From a bacterium (lineage in GTDB: Bacteria > UBA8248 > JACPRG01 > G963555815), in assembly GCA_965218795.1 (NCBI GenBank), contig OZ244653.1, positions 4,448,001-4,512,000 on the forward strand: 64,000 nucleotides of DNA, read 5' to 3'. Numbering within the stretch: the first letter of the stretch is position 1; every line of letters starts with the position of its first letter. The position numbers and the translations under genes were made by a program. The notes below the pieces were generated by a model. That model searched no databases and was not told the DNA's origin. It saw only the letters and a list, made by a program, of their open reading frames with translations. Positions 49,534-59,313 of the stretch are shown piece by piece.

Positions 49534-51420
49534 CCGGGTTATCCCATGTTTCTGGTTCCGTTCTATTGGCTGTTCGGCCGTGTCCAGCTACCCGTCTATC
49601 TGGCTCAGGCGCTGCTCCACGCCGGAGCCGCCCTCATGATTTATTTCCTGGTGGTGCGGACCTTTTCCTCCCGCGCCGCATATCTTTCGGCCCTGCTGGT
49701 CGCCCTGAATCCCTTGACCGCAGTCTATGTTCCCACGATCCTGGTAGAGCCGCTCTCCTTGTTCGTCACGACGCTCTCCGTTTGCCTGTTTCTCCGCGTG
49801 GTTGACCGTCCGACTGCACTCCGGGCGGCCATCCTTGGGGTTGTTGTCGGTTACGGCGCCCTGGTCCGGCCGCCCATGCTCTTATTTTCGTTTTTTCTTT
49901 TCCTGTGTGCCTGGGTGGCTGCCGGCCGGTTCCGCGGGCTGATCAAGGCCTTTTTCATATCCCACGCGGTCTTTGCGGCGGTGATGACCCCTTGGGTCGT
50001 TCGAAACTACAGGATTTCCGGCGAATTCATCCCCCTGAGCATTGAGGCCCCGTTGCAGCTTTGGCTGGCCACACTCAATTACGGCCCTTACACCGACGCC
50101 TACTGGACCCATCCCCTCTACCCTTTGCAGCATTGGCTTGAGGCCGAACGAAGGAAGTTCTTGTTCGATCTGGTTCGCGAACCGTTTCCGTTGGAGGTGC
50201 GGGTCCATCGCCCAGGGCGCCTGCGCCCTATTCATGTTCATTATCAACTGAACGAACAAGGTCCATTCCGTGAGGTCCGGATGCGGGAGGTTTCCTCCGG
50301 CCGATTCAGAGCCGACATCCCGGGACAACCCTGGGGGACCAGCGTCCGGTATTTCTTCACTGTGAGAGACCCCGAGTTTCCTGACGAGAAGCTTCGCCTC
50401 CTGCCGGCAACCAAGGGAGCGATTTTCTACTACCGAGTGGCAAGAAACGCATTGGAGGATCTAGGAGAGGAGATCATCGACCTGAATTTCCTGTCCAAAC
50501 TGGCGAAGAACCTCACCGGCCGGCTGGTCGCCCCCGGTGTGAATGAGAAGGCGCTCGATTTAGACAAAGACGGGCTCTTAACCCAAAAGGACTTCGAGAA
50601 AGCCCTGGGACTCCTGTCCGGTGAGAATTCCCAATATATATTGAGACGGAGAGGTAGCCCCCTGCTGAAGCTCAGGTTTTCGGACGGAACACACCTTGAG
50701 GTGCCCGAGACCGCCGCGGGAGAATCGGTTTTTCCGTCGCTGGCGGAGAAGCGGACAACCGGAACGGCGCGTTTGGTGACCATGAAGGCGATAGTGCGGA
50801 AACAACGCCCGCGGGATCCTTCGGAGGAGGGGGCGGGCGTGTTGCCGCACTGCGATAGATTCTGGTTCTGGAGCCGCATTGATCCAGATATGCCCCCGAC
50901 GCTCAAGTCCCCGGAGTTAGACATTACACCTTGTTACTGGTACGCCGGTATCGAACCGGTCGCCCGGGAACTTCTCCGCTTCCGGGTGTACAACTTCCTC
51001 TTCTGGAACAATCTCCTGCGCATGCCCATGGAATATATCGGGGGAAGTCTCCTGCGCATGCCCAGGCTTTGGGTTGTTGTTGGGCGGGCCCAAGAATCCG
51101 GTCAAACCTATCTGACGGCCGGTGCGGGCTGGCTGTACCCCGCCTTGACTCTTGCGACCCTCCTGATGCTGGTGATGGCCCTGGCGGGATTCGCGGCGAC
51201 TTGGCGGACGTGGCGCGACCATTGGTACCTGGCAGCTCCGGTCATCTATATCTCGCTCGTCCATTCCCCCTTCCATCCTGAGGCCCGGTACTCCTTCCCG
51301 GGTAGGCCCTTCTTGCTTGTCTACTGCGCCATCGCCCTGATGTCCCTCTGGGAGATGTGGAAGGGGCGGCCACGCAGCCGCCCGGATGTTCCGGCTCCCC
51401 CTTCAGACAGTCCGCGTTGA
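49534..51420 (+). pseudogene. 5'-truncated ArnT/PMT-like (GT-C) membrane glycosyltransferase with a large soluble insert
   Basis: Begins at PGYP right after the IS end; LVRP, PWVVRNY and EARY motifs; multiple transmembrane segments; in-frame ATG at 49546. Confidence 0.75.
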
Positions 51421-51465
51421 CGGGGGACGTCTTCCAGCCTTTGAGTCCTGGTCTGCCGGCGATCC

Positions 51466-51494
51466 TTGACAGGGGGTGCCTCCTGACGTATGTT
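51466..51494 (+). promoter_or_regulatory. Sigma70-type promoter
   Basis: TTGACA (51466-71), 17-nt spacer, TATGTT (51489-94). Confidence 0.7.
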
Positions 51495-51510
51495 CAACGC
51501 CTGCATTAGG

Positions 51511-51529
51511 TCGTTCATGAATTGAACGA
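51511..51529. promoter_or_regulatory. Palindromic operator candidate
   Basis: TCGTTCA-N5-TGAACGA perfect inverted repeat between the promoter and the MarR-type gene. Confidence 0.65.
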
Positions 51530-51623
51530 ACCCCGAAGGGCCGGATGGGAAGGCGCGAAAGAGGGGGGAACATCCTCAGCCTAAGAAGACGGGAGAGCGC
51601 TGGCTTTGGAAAAGTTCAAGCAT

Positions 51624-52214
51624 ATGAACTCCCAATCCCTTCGGGACTTGCATATCTTGACGGAGATTGAGGGGAGGAAGTCCGTCACGCAGAGGTCTCT
51701 GGCTACCCATTTGGGCATTGCGCTGGGGCTGGCGAATCTCTATGTCAAGCGATTGGTGAAGAAGGGTTACATCAAGGTCACGACGATCCCCAAGAACCGT
51801 GTCAAGTACCTGTTGACCCCCAGTGGGGTTGCTGCGAAAACCCGCCTAACCTATGAATACATGAGTTACTCCCTCCTCCAGTACCGACGGGCCCGCGAAC
51901 TCGTACGGGAACTTTTGAGTCCTCTGGCTCCGGAAGCGGGCAAGCGGATTGCCTTTTACGGGGTGGGCGAGGCGGCAGAGGTGGCTTACCTCTGGCTCAA
52001 GGAGATCGGTCTCGAGCCCTCCGCGGTTTTTGACGAAGGGGCCGGTGAAGAGTTCCTGGGAATTCCGGTAAGAACCCCGGAGAACCTGGTCCACGAGGAA
52101 TTTGATTCGATCATCTTAACTTCTCTGGGGAGCCGGAGAGTCACCAAGGACAGAGAAGATACGCTTCTGGCCTGGGGCGTGCCTCCAGAGAAAATTGTGT
52201 CCTTGCGGATGTGA
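51624..52214 (+). CDS. EPS-associated MarR-type winged-helix regulator with a C-terminal Rossmann-like domain
   Basis: TQRSLA..LGIALGLANLYVKRLVKKGYIK and YLLTP.G..K motifs. Confidence 0.9.
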   Translation: MNSQSLRDLHILTEIEGRKSVTQRSLATHLGIALGLANLYVKRLVKKGYIKVTTIPKNRVKYLLTPSGVAAKTRLTYEYMSYSLLQYRRARELVRELLSPLAPEAGKRIAFYGVGEAAEVAYLWLKEIGLEPSAVFDEGAGEEFLGIPVRTPENLVHEEFDSIILTSLGSRRVTKDREDTLLAWGVPPEKIVSLRM

Positions 52215-52468
52215 GCGTTGCTCACAGCAAGAAAAATTCGAATGAAGGCGGCAAGGGACATCGGACAGAGCATCCGTTTCGGATGGGGCTCCGGCCGGGG
52301 GCCCCTTCGGAAGTCCAGCTTCGCTGTCATTGCCCGGCCGAACCTTAGGATTTCCCCCTGTGGAATGGGGGCACCCAAAGGCGAATCGAGGACGTAGTTG
52401 TTCGGGTTGATTTGCGCCCGGAAGGTCACTGTAAGTGAGAGAGCGGAGCTACGCCTGTTTCCAGAACG

Positions 52469-53056
52469 ATGGAGGAATCCATGAGCCGGTTGGGGACTAT
52501 TGAAGACAGGGCCCATGGCGTGAATGAGTTGCAGGGTGCGGTCGGACCGGGCTTCCATTGTCCCTGGTACGTCCTGCGGACGCGCTCGCGACACGAGAAG
52601 CTGACCGCCGTACACTTGAGGCAGACCGGTTTCGAGGTGTTCTTGCCTTTGGTGTCTCGGATTCGACAGTGGAGAGACCGCCGCGCACGGGTCGAGTTTC
52701 CCCTGTTTCCCGGCTATTGCTTCGTCCAGTGTGCGATTGGGGACTTTCGGCAGGTCCGAATGACTCCAGGAGCGGTGGATTTAGTAGGGACCGGGGGGCA
52801 TCCCATGCCGGTTCCGGACGAGGAAGTGTCGTCCGTCTGGCAACTCGTCTACTCTACCCTTCCCTTTGATCCTCATCCGACCCTTGATAGCGGAATGACG
52901 GTTCGGGTAATTCGGGGTCCGCTGAAAGACGTGGAGGGGACCCTCATCCGCAAAGTCCCCCACGCCAGGCTACTCGTCGGCATCAACCTTCTCAACCAGG
53001 GGGCAACCGTGGACCTGGATGCCAATGACGTGGTGCCGATCCCGGGAGGTGTATGA
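52469..53056 (+). CDS. NusG paralogue antiterminator (UpxY/RfaH/LoaP-like)
   Basis: WYVLRTRSRHEK, PLFPGYCFV and KOW motif VRVIRGPL. Confidence 0.9.
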   Translation: MEESMSRLGTIEDRAHGVNELQGAVGPGFHCPWYVLRTRSRHEKLTAVHLRQTGFEVFLPLVSRIRQWRDRRARVEFPLFPGYCFVQCAIGDFRQVRMTPGAVDLVGTGGHPMPVPDEEVSSVWQLVYSTLPFDPHPTLDSGMTVRVIRGPLKDVEGTLIRKVPHARLLVGINLLNQGATVDLDANDVVPIPGGV

Positions 53057-53394
53057 TCGGTAGGCCCTTCTGCAAATTTCATTTATGGGCGGTCGCGCCC
53101 TGCCGATCGAAAAAGCTCAAGACGTGAGGTTGCCGGGAGGCGGGAAAATCCAAAGATGTCTTCGTTCAAGGTTGGTGTGGAACGCCGAGATGGGAGGTCT
53201 CGATCCCGAAGATGATACGTTGTCTTGCGCAGGGGGAGGAGACGAAAGGCGACGTTCAGCCTCTCACACCCTAGCAGATTTCATTCGTACCGAGACACGC
53301 CGAAGTGGGCCACGGCTCTGCGTTGCAGGGGGGAGCCGAGGATTCCTTCCACGCCAGCGGATCCCCTCAAGCCGAAACGGTCGGGTTATCCTGA

Positions 53395-53633
53395 ATGGAA
53401 ATTCTCCAGGAAGACGTCTCTGACGACGAGATGGTCTGCTATTGTCATTCCATCACATTTCAAGAGGCCATGAAGCTCTTGAAGGAGGGGAACGCAAATC
53501 CTTTGATGATGTGTCCGAGAAGACCATCATGCGTACCAATTGTGGCGCCTGTGAGCTTGAAATCAAGGAATACTTCTTTCCCGAGGAGTTGGATCTGCAT
53601 GATAAAGGGAAGCAGGCAGTTCCTTCGCAGTAA
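53395..53633 (+). CDS. BFD-like [2Fe-2S] domain split by a 1-nt frameshift
   Basis: VCYCHSIT in one frame and NCGAC in the -1 frame; adding one G at 53487-53490 gives C-x-C-x32-C-x2-C. Confidence 0.65.
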
Positions 53634-54366
53634 GGGGTCTGCATTTTTTCGATGGGTGGATAAGCATAGTCCCCTCATCCACCGGTCGTTCCGCCACGGG
53701 TTCCCCATTTTGATTTCGAGTCAAATCAGGACGCATTTTCGAATCATGAATGTATCTTATCCGGATGCCGCTCTTCCGATTGCTGAGCAAGATGTGTGTT
53801 TTTCTTTTTACGAGTCGACCGGGAAGATCCAATGCGAGCATCAAGCGCTCCTGGGCCCGGAGGAAATCAAGACCTTTGACATCGCAGAAATCTCAGGCTT
53901 TGACTCCGGCTCTGAAGATCTTCAAGTCGGTTATTGCATGTACACGCTTCGTCCAAAGGCTGAAGTTTACTATGGATCTTTGAGGGGATATGTCCAGTTT
54001 GAGACCTCCGGATTCGTTGCCTCGATTCATGAGCACACGTACAGGAAGAAAGGGATACGTTTTTTTATCAGCTCTCGGGATAATCTCAAGGATATGGCCT
54101 ATCTCTTTCTTCATAATTGTTATTCGATCAATGCGAAGATCAAAATCACACTTTGCGATCGGCCGGGAGATCCAATTTCGCAAAGAACCTTGAAGCTTGA
54201 ATCGCATGGTTCCCAATTGCACGCTGTCAAGGATCTTTTTCCGGATCACCTATCTTCTCCTGGTTCGGAGGCCGTTCTGATACATATCGTATCCAGGGTT
54301 CCGGTGACCCCCACTTTCATTTACTGGGACCGGAAAACGGGGATGATCTCGGCGCAACATTTTTAG
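53599..54366 (+). CDS. Hypothetical protein with two beta-rich repeats (may be fused to the BFD domain)
   Basis: Open frame of ORF 53395-54366; ATG 53599 is preceded by GAGGAG. Confidence 0.6.
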   Translation: MIKGSRQFLRSKGSAFFRWVDKHSPLIHRSFRHGFPILISSQIRTHFRIMNVSYPDAALPIAEQDVCFSFYESTGKIQCEHQALLGPEEIKTFDIAEISGFDSGSEDLQVGYCMYTLRPKAEVYYGSLRGYVQFETSGFVASIHEHTYRKKGIRFFISSRDNLKDMAYLFLHNCYSINAKIKITLCDRPGDPISQRTLKLESHGSQLHAVKDLFPDHLSSPGSEAVLIHIVSRVPVTPTFIYWDRKTGMISAQHF

Positions 54367-54399
54367 GCTCTCAAAGCATATACGGAGAGACGGTGCCAT

Positions 54400-55211
54400 A
54401 TGGCGATTCAGACATCGATTCCGGAGATTTTATGGCTTCCAGGCGTTGATCATTATGAGATTTCGGTTTACTTCTCGTGTAACCAATCGTTCATCCATGA
54501 TGTCAAACCTTCTATTCAAGGCGTTGTGAGTGAACATGCCTTCAGCATTAACTGCACGCTGTACGTGAACGGAAACCCTTATCAACGGAAAATCGAAGAT
54601 CGTTTGATGGTGAAGGAAGAGAGCGAGAAGCGCATCCAGAGCTTCTCCTTCCTCCCTGATGCCTTGAGAAGGGAAGAGAATTGTTATCTGGAGTGCTCCC
54701 TGACCACAATGGATGGCTTTTTCGAAAAGATGCCCCTGTCCCCCCCCTTTTGGCTGAAGGCTTGGAAGGAGGGTTCCTTTTTTTATTACCCTGCAATTCC
54801 GACGCATGGGGTCAGGGCGAGTTCTCTGGTTCCCGGAAAGACCAGGTTTTGTGAGCAATTTCCGGCGATCACTTACGAACCGACGCGAGACATGACCACG
54901 GCGCTTGCGATCGTCAATCCGCGAAAGAGAGCGATCCGTGTCACGGTTCAAATGTTCCCGAATCCGAGGGACGGGACGAGCACGACTTTGAGCTGCCTGC
55001 CCACATGGTCCGGGTTCTTCGTTTGCACGAACACTTTGACCTTCAAGGACGGGAAAGAAATTCCGGAGTCCTCGTGCTGTCAGAGCACAGGCCGATCATC
55101 TACTCCGCACATATGAATATCTCCGGCAACGAGATCTATTCGGTGGACCACACCGATGCTTGGCGCACCGAGGAGACGCAAAAGTCGGCGGTTCCGCTCA
55201 GTCTGTACTGA
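54400..55211 (+). CDS. Hypothetical protein, frameshifted near 54960
   Basis: GGAG RBS; TALAIVNP repeat continues in the -1 frame (ESEGRDEHDFELPAHMVRVLRL) to a stop at 55211. Confidence 0.6.
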
Positions 55212-55214
55212 CGC

Positions 55215-55694
55215 ATGAAAATTGCAAAGGCTTTGGTCAGAGGCAAATAGTTCATCTCCTGATGGCAGTGGAAACAGAATACCTTCTTCCGCCTTCCGCT
55301 GAGGGAAAAGAACGGGTTCGAGAAATGTCCTCCTCACTTCAAGCGATGCCTGGACCTCTACCTCAAATTTCTGGAACCGATACAGAACCGGATCTCGAAG
55401 ATCCCCAAGGAAAGTCGAACGGACCTTCAGAGGGTGATTGTTGAAAAGGCCACCAATCCGCGCTGGCTTTTTCGGGATATCCAGAGATGGGTGCCGGACC
55501 GGGAATACTACAATCTTCTCCTGGTTCGAAATCCCGAGTCGGCAACGTCTCCGATCCCGACGAGAGCGCCTATCGTCCCCTATCCCCCGATGTGCGCGGA
55601 ATGGGGACGCTTTCCTCTTCATTCTATGCGGCCGCGGGATTGCAAAAATGGCATCCGGGTGAGGAGCTTCCGAGGGAGAAGGGTTTCGAGGTGA
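55215..55694 (+). pseudogene. Disrupted hypothetical protein
   Basis: ATG 55215 is in frame with ORF 55434-55694 but two early stops (TAG, TGA) intervene. Confidence 0.3.
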
Positions 55695-57517
55695 AGCGGC
55701 GCGAACACGCAAAAAGGAGCGATTTTGTCGAAATCCTCCAGATTGTCTTACGTTTTTCCAGCATTAGACGGTGGAACTTCGCCATTTTTATCTTCTTGAT
55801 CTTACTGGCGACCCTGTTCGAAGGATTTGGGGTCGCCATGCTGTTGCCCGTCCTGGAGTTCGTGGAAAATCAGGGGGATATTCAGGTCCTCCTGGATTCC
55901 TCTCCCTACTGGAAGCATATTCTGGCTGTTGCGGACTGGTTTTCCGTTTCCGTCACGTTGGCCTCGCTGAGTGCAACTGTCCTGGCTCTTTTAATCGTGC
56001 GTCAGGCCTTCACCTATGGCAGTGCCGTGTACAGCAGCTGGTTGGGGGAGACCATCCTCTCCGACCTCCGCAGCACCGGTTTAAGCCTCCTCCTTCGGGC
56101 TGACGTCGCGTTCCACGAAAAGATAGGATCCTCGAAAACAATTAGTTCATTGACGATAGATGCTTACCAGGGACGAAATTCAGTCGGATCCTTCTTCTCG
56201 ATGATCGGGGCATCCTTGATCCTCCTCTTTTATCTAATCCTCTTGTTCGCCCTGTCCCCGATCATGACCCTTGTGGCCGCGGCTGTCATGGGGATTGTCG
56301 GATTTGTCTTACGGACCCGAGTGAGATGGGTGCGACAGCTCGGTGAGCAAATTTCAAGATTGAACGATTCGATGTCCAAGGTGGTTTCAGAGCGGATGCT
56401 CGGCAGCCGCGTGATCAAGATGGCCGCTTCGGAGTCTCGTGAGTCGGAACGGTTCTCTGAAGTGGTGAAACAGATGAAAACCGCCAGCGTGAAGGTGGCA
56501 AAGATCGTAGCCGGGGTGGAGGCGATTGTGGACCCCCTGGTGGTCGCAGCCGGTCTGTTCATCCTTTTCATGGCGGTGGAATTCTACGGTGCGGCGCTTT
56601 CCAAGGTCGGGATCTTTCTCCTGGTGCTTATACGGCTGCTTCCCTATTCAAAGAATTTGCTGAAGTCCCGCCAGAACTACGTTGCCGCTTTGGGGAGCTT
56701 GCGGGCCGTAACGAATTTGCTCTCCGACGCCAAAGGCGCGGACGTCATCCGGGGAGGGTCGCGGCCGTTCAATTCTCCGAAGAGAGAGATCACCTTCGAC
56801 AAAGTGCGTTTTTCCTATAGCCAGGAGGCGCGTCCGGCTCTGGACGACGTTTCATTCTCGATTCCGGCCGGCAAGATGACCGCCTTGGTCGGACACTCCG
56901 GTGCTGGCAAGTCGACCTTGGTCGACTTGATCCCGCGCTTGCGCCAACCGCAAAAGGGGCGAGTTCTCGTTGATGGGGTTCCCATAGAAGAATTTCGCCT
57001 TGCCGATTTGAGGCGAGCCATTGCGTTCGTTCCCCAGGACTCGTTTCTCTTCGACGACACCCTGGCGAACAACATCCGCTACGCGCGCCCCGAAGCCAGC
57101 TTGGAGGAAGTCCAGGCGTCGGCCCGGCTGGCGTATGCGGACGGTTTCATCGAAGCCTTTCCCGATGGCTATCAGACCCGCGTGGGTGAGCGCGGTGTTC
57201 GCCTCTCGGGGGGGGAGCGGCAGCGCATCGTCCTGGCGAGGGCCCTCCTCCAGAAGACCCCAATTGTTGTTCTGGATGAGCCGACGAGCGCACTGGACTC
57301 CGAATCGGAAGCCTACATCCAAAAGGCGCTGACGCAGATCCAGGCTGAGAGGAAAACGACCTTGATCGTCATTGCTCACCGGCTCTCAACGATCAAGACG
57401 GCGGACCAGATCGTCATGCTGGACAAAGGGTCTGTAGCGGGCTGCGGCAGTCACGAGGAGCTGATCGACCAGGTCGCCTGGTACTCGGGAGTTGCCACCG
57501 TCCAGGCTTCCGTATAG
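55691..57517 (+). CDS. ABC transporter permease/ATPase (MsbA/PglK-like glycan flippase)
   Basis: Transmembrane domain plus GHSGAGKST, LSGGERQR, LDEPTSALD and IAHRLST; likely GTG start at 55691. Confidence 0.9.
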   Translation: MKRREHAKRSDFVEILQIVLRFSSIRRWNFAIFIFLILLATLFEGFGVAMLLPVLEFVENQGDIQVLLDSSPYWKHILAVADWFSVSVTLASLSATVLALLIVRQAFTYGSAVYSSWLGETILSDLRSTGLSLLLRADVAFHEKIGSSKTISSLTIDAYQGRNSVGSFFSMIGASLILLFYLILLFALSPIMTLVAAAVMGIVGFVLRTRVRWVRQLGEQISRLNDSMSKVVSERMLGSRVIKMAASESRESERFSEVVKQMKTASVKVAKIVAGVEAIVDPLVVAAGLFILFMAVEFYGAALSKVGIFLLVLIRLLPYSKNLLKSRQNYVAALGSLRAVTNLLSDAKGADVIRGGSRPFNSPKREITFDKVRFSYSQEARPALDDVSFSIPAGKMTALVGHSGAGKSTLVDLIPRLRQPQKGRVLVDGVPIEEFRLADLRRAIAFVPQDSFLFDDTLANNIRYARPEASLEEVQASARLAYADGFIEAFPDGYQTRVGERGVRLSGGERQRIVLARALLQKTPIVVLDEPTSALDSESEAYIQKALTQIQAERKTTLIVIAHRLSTIKTADQIVMLDKGSVAGCGSHEELIDQVAWYSGVATVQASV

Positions 57518-57539
57518 CGGAAGGGGAAGGATCGATTCA

Positions 57540-59081
57540 ATGGAGGCAGTCGTCATCTGGGCGGGCTCCAACTTTAGTTGGCTCTGGGCCTCACTGGCCG
57601 AGAAACTTCGGGCCGAGACGGGGGTGCGGGTCAGCTTCGTGTGCAACACGGAGTTGGACGTGGGCTATTTCAAGGCGATGGACGTCTCGGGCGCCGTAGC
57701 CGACTTCACGACCGTTAATCGATTCTTCCATCTTTACGACGATGTGGACGAGGACGAGGAATCCATCATCCGTCGAGCGCGGAAGAATGAATCGAAATAC
57801 GGTGTCTCGGTGACGGACCTTCTGCAAGTAGACCGGCACCTGGGGCTGGGTTTTTCCCCACTGGGCAGTGGACACCCCAGGTCCCGGTTGAACCGGAAGG
57901 CTTCCTACCTGAAGTCCATCCATTTCTTTAATCGGGTGATGGACTACTGGGAAAATTACCTGAACGAACGCCGGCCAGATCTCATTGTGAACCCGGCTGG
58001 CACCTTCGTGGGCAAGGGATGCGCGGTCGTGGCCCGGGCGCGCGCCATCCCCATCCGGCACATCTCCTGGTCGAGGTACCAGGAATACTTCTACTGGGCT
58101 TTCGATGAATTGGAGCAAGTCCCATATCTTCGGACGGTTTACGACTCCATCCCGCCCGAAACGCATGATGGGCCTCAGGCAATCGTCCGAAACCCGAAGG
58201 CGGAAGCTTGGCGGGAGGATATGATTCGCCGTAAAAGCGTTTTGTACCTGCTCTGGCTTTTGGGGCGCAGTGTCCTTTATGAGTCCTACAGGAAGCTCAG
58301 AAGGGTGACGATGCCGGGAAATTACCTGCTGACGGAGCGGTGGAAGAGTATGATTCGGACCTGCCTGGATTTCAAGCGGCTGAACCGCCGCCGTCTTTTT
58401 ACAATGGGAGACCTGAAAGGCAAGGATTTTGTCTTCTATCCGCTTCACACCGAACCCGAGACCTCCTTATCCGTCTTGTCGCCGGAGTTTAACGAGCAGC
58501 TCGCGATTATCCATCTGATCGCCAAGAACCTTCCCGCCGGCGTCACCCTGGCTGTCAAGGAGCACCTGTACGGCATTGGCGGCCGACCCGCGGGTCTTTA
58601 CCGCTCTTTAGAGCAGATCCCGAATGTGGTCATGGCATCCCCGTATGAAAACGCCGTGGAGTTGGCGAAACTGAGCAAGTGCGCGATTGTCATCACGGGC
58701 ACCTTGGGCCTGGAAGCGGCGGCCTTGGGGGTTCCCGTCATTTCTTTCGGCCAGCACAACATCTATGACTTCGTTTCCCACGCCCACGTGGTCATCTCCT
58801 GGATGGAGCTCCGAGAGCTTCTTTCCTCAATTTGCCTCGGAGATGACCCTCAGGCCAAGGAACGACGCGGCCGGGACGGGGCCCGGCTTCTGCACGCTAT
58901 CCGCCAGATCTCCTTTGACCTGTCTGGAATTGAATGGTCCCACGGGATGGGGACTCCCAGCAAAAAGAAGCGACCTTCACCAGAAGTGGTCGATCGTATA
59001 TTCCTTCCCCTGATGGAAAGCCTCCAAGAGAGCATGTTGGAGGATTTGGGAACCGGAGGGACCCACGTTGCGACCCGCTGA
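57540..59081 (+). CDS. Capsule biosynthesis protein (KpsS-like GT-B, putative ulosonic acid transferase)
   Basis: FYPLHTEPE, VKEH and ITGTLGLEAA.LGVPVI motifs. Confidence 0.75.
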   Translation: MEAVVIWAGSNFSWLWASLAEKLRAETGVRVSFVCNTELDVGYFKAMDVSGAVADFTTVNRFFHLYDDVDEDEESIIRRARKNESKYGVSVTDLLQVDRHLGLGFSPLGSGHPRSRLNRKASYLKSIHFFNRVMDYWENYLNERRPDLIVNPAGTFVGKGCAVVARARAIPIRHISWSRYQEYFYWAFDELEQVPYLRTVYDSIPPETHDGPQAIVRNPKAEAWREDMIRRKSVLYLLWLLGRSVLYESYRKLRRVTMPGNYLLTERWKSMIRTCLDFKRLNRRRLFTMGDLKGKDFVFYPLHTEPETSLSVLSPEFNEQLAIIHLIAKNLPAGVTLAVKEHLYGIGGRPAGLYRSLEQIPNVVMASPYENAVELAKLSKCAIVITGTLGLEAAALGVPVISFGQHNIYDFVSHAHVVISWMELRELLSSICLGDDPQAKERRGRDGARLLHAIRQISFDLSGIEWSHGMGTPSKKKRPSPEVVDRIFLPLMESLQESMLEDLGTGGTHVATR

Positions 59082-59313
59082 GAGTCTCAGACTCACAGGG
59101 CGGAAGTGGGGGGAGCCGGGACGGAGTGACCGCCCTTGAGCTTGGGTGGTTGCGGTGTCGTCTTGGGGATGGATGTTCATCGGGACCTACTGGTGGCGGA
59201 GGCGGATTCCTTATCCCGGATGAATATCGGGCCTTCAGCGGCACCCCTTCACGCGATGTCCTCTCTTTGTGGAATCGGCATTCCTCCCGGTTGCCTGAAG
59301 AACGGAAAGCTGA

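Noticed and set aside
55215-55265. TAG and TGA in one frame as pyrrolysine or Sec readthrough
   Set aside because: No recognisable family or redox motif; the region has other indel-type lesions
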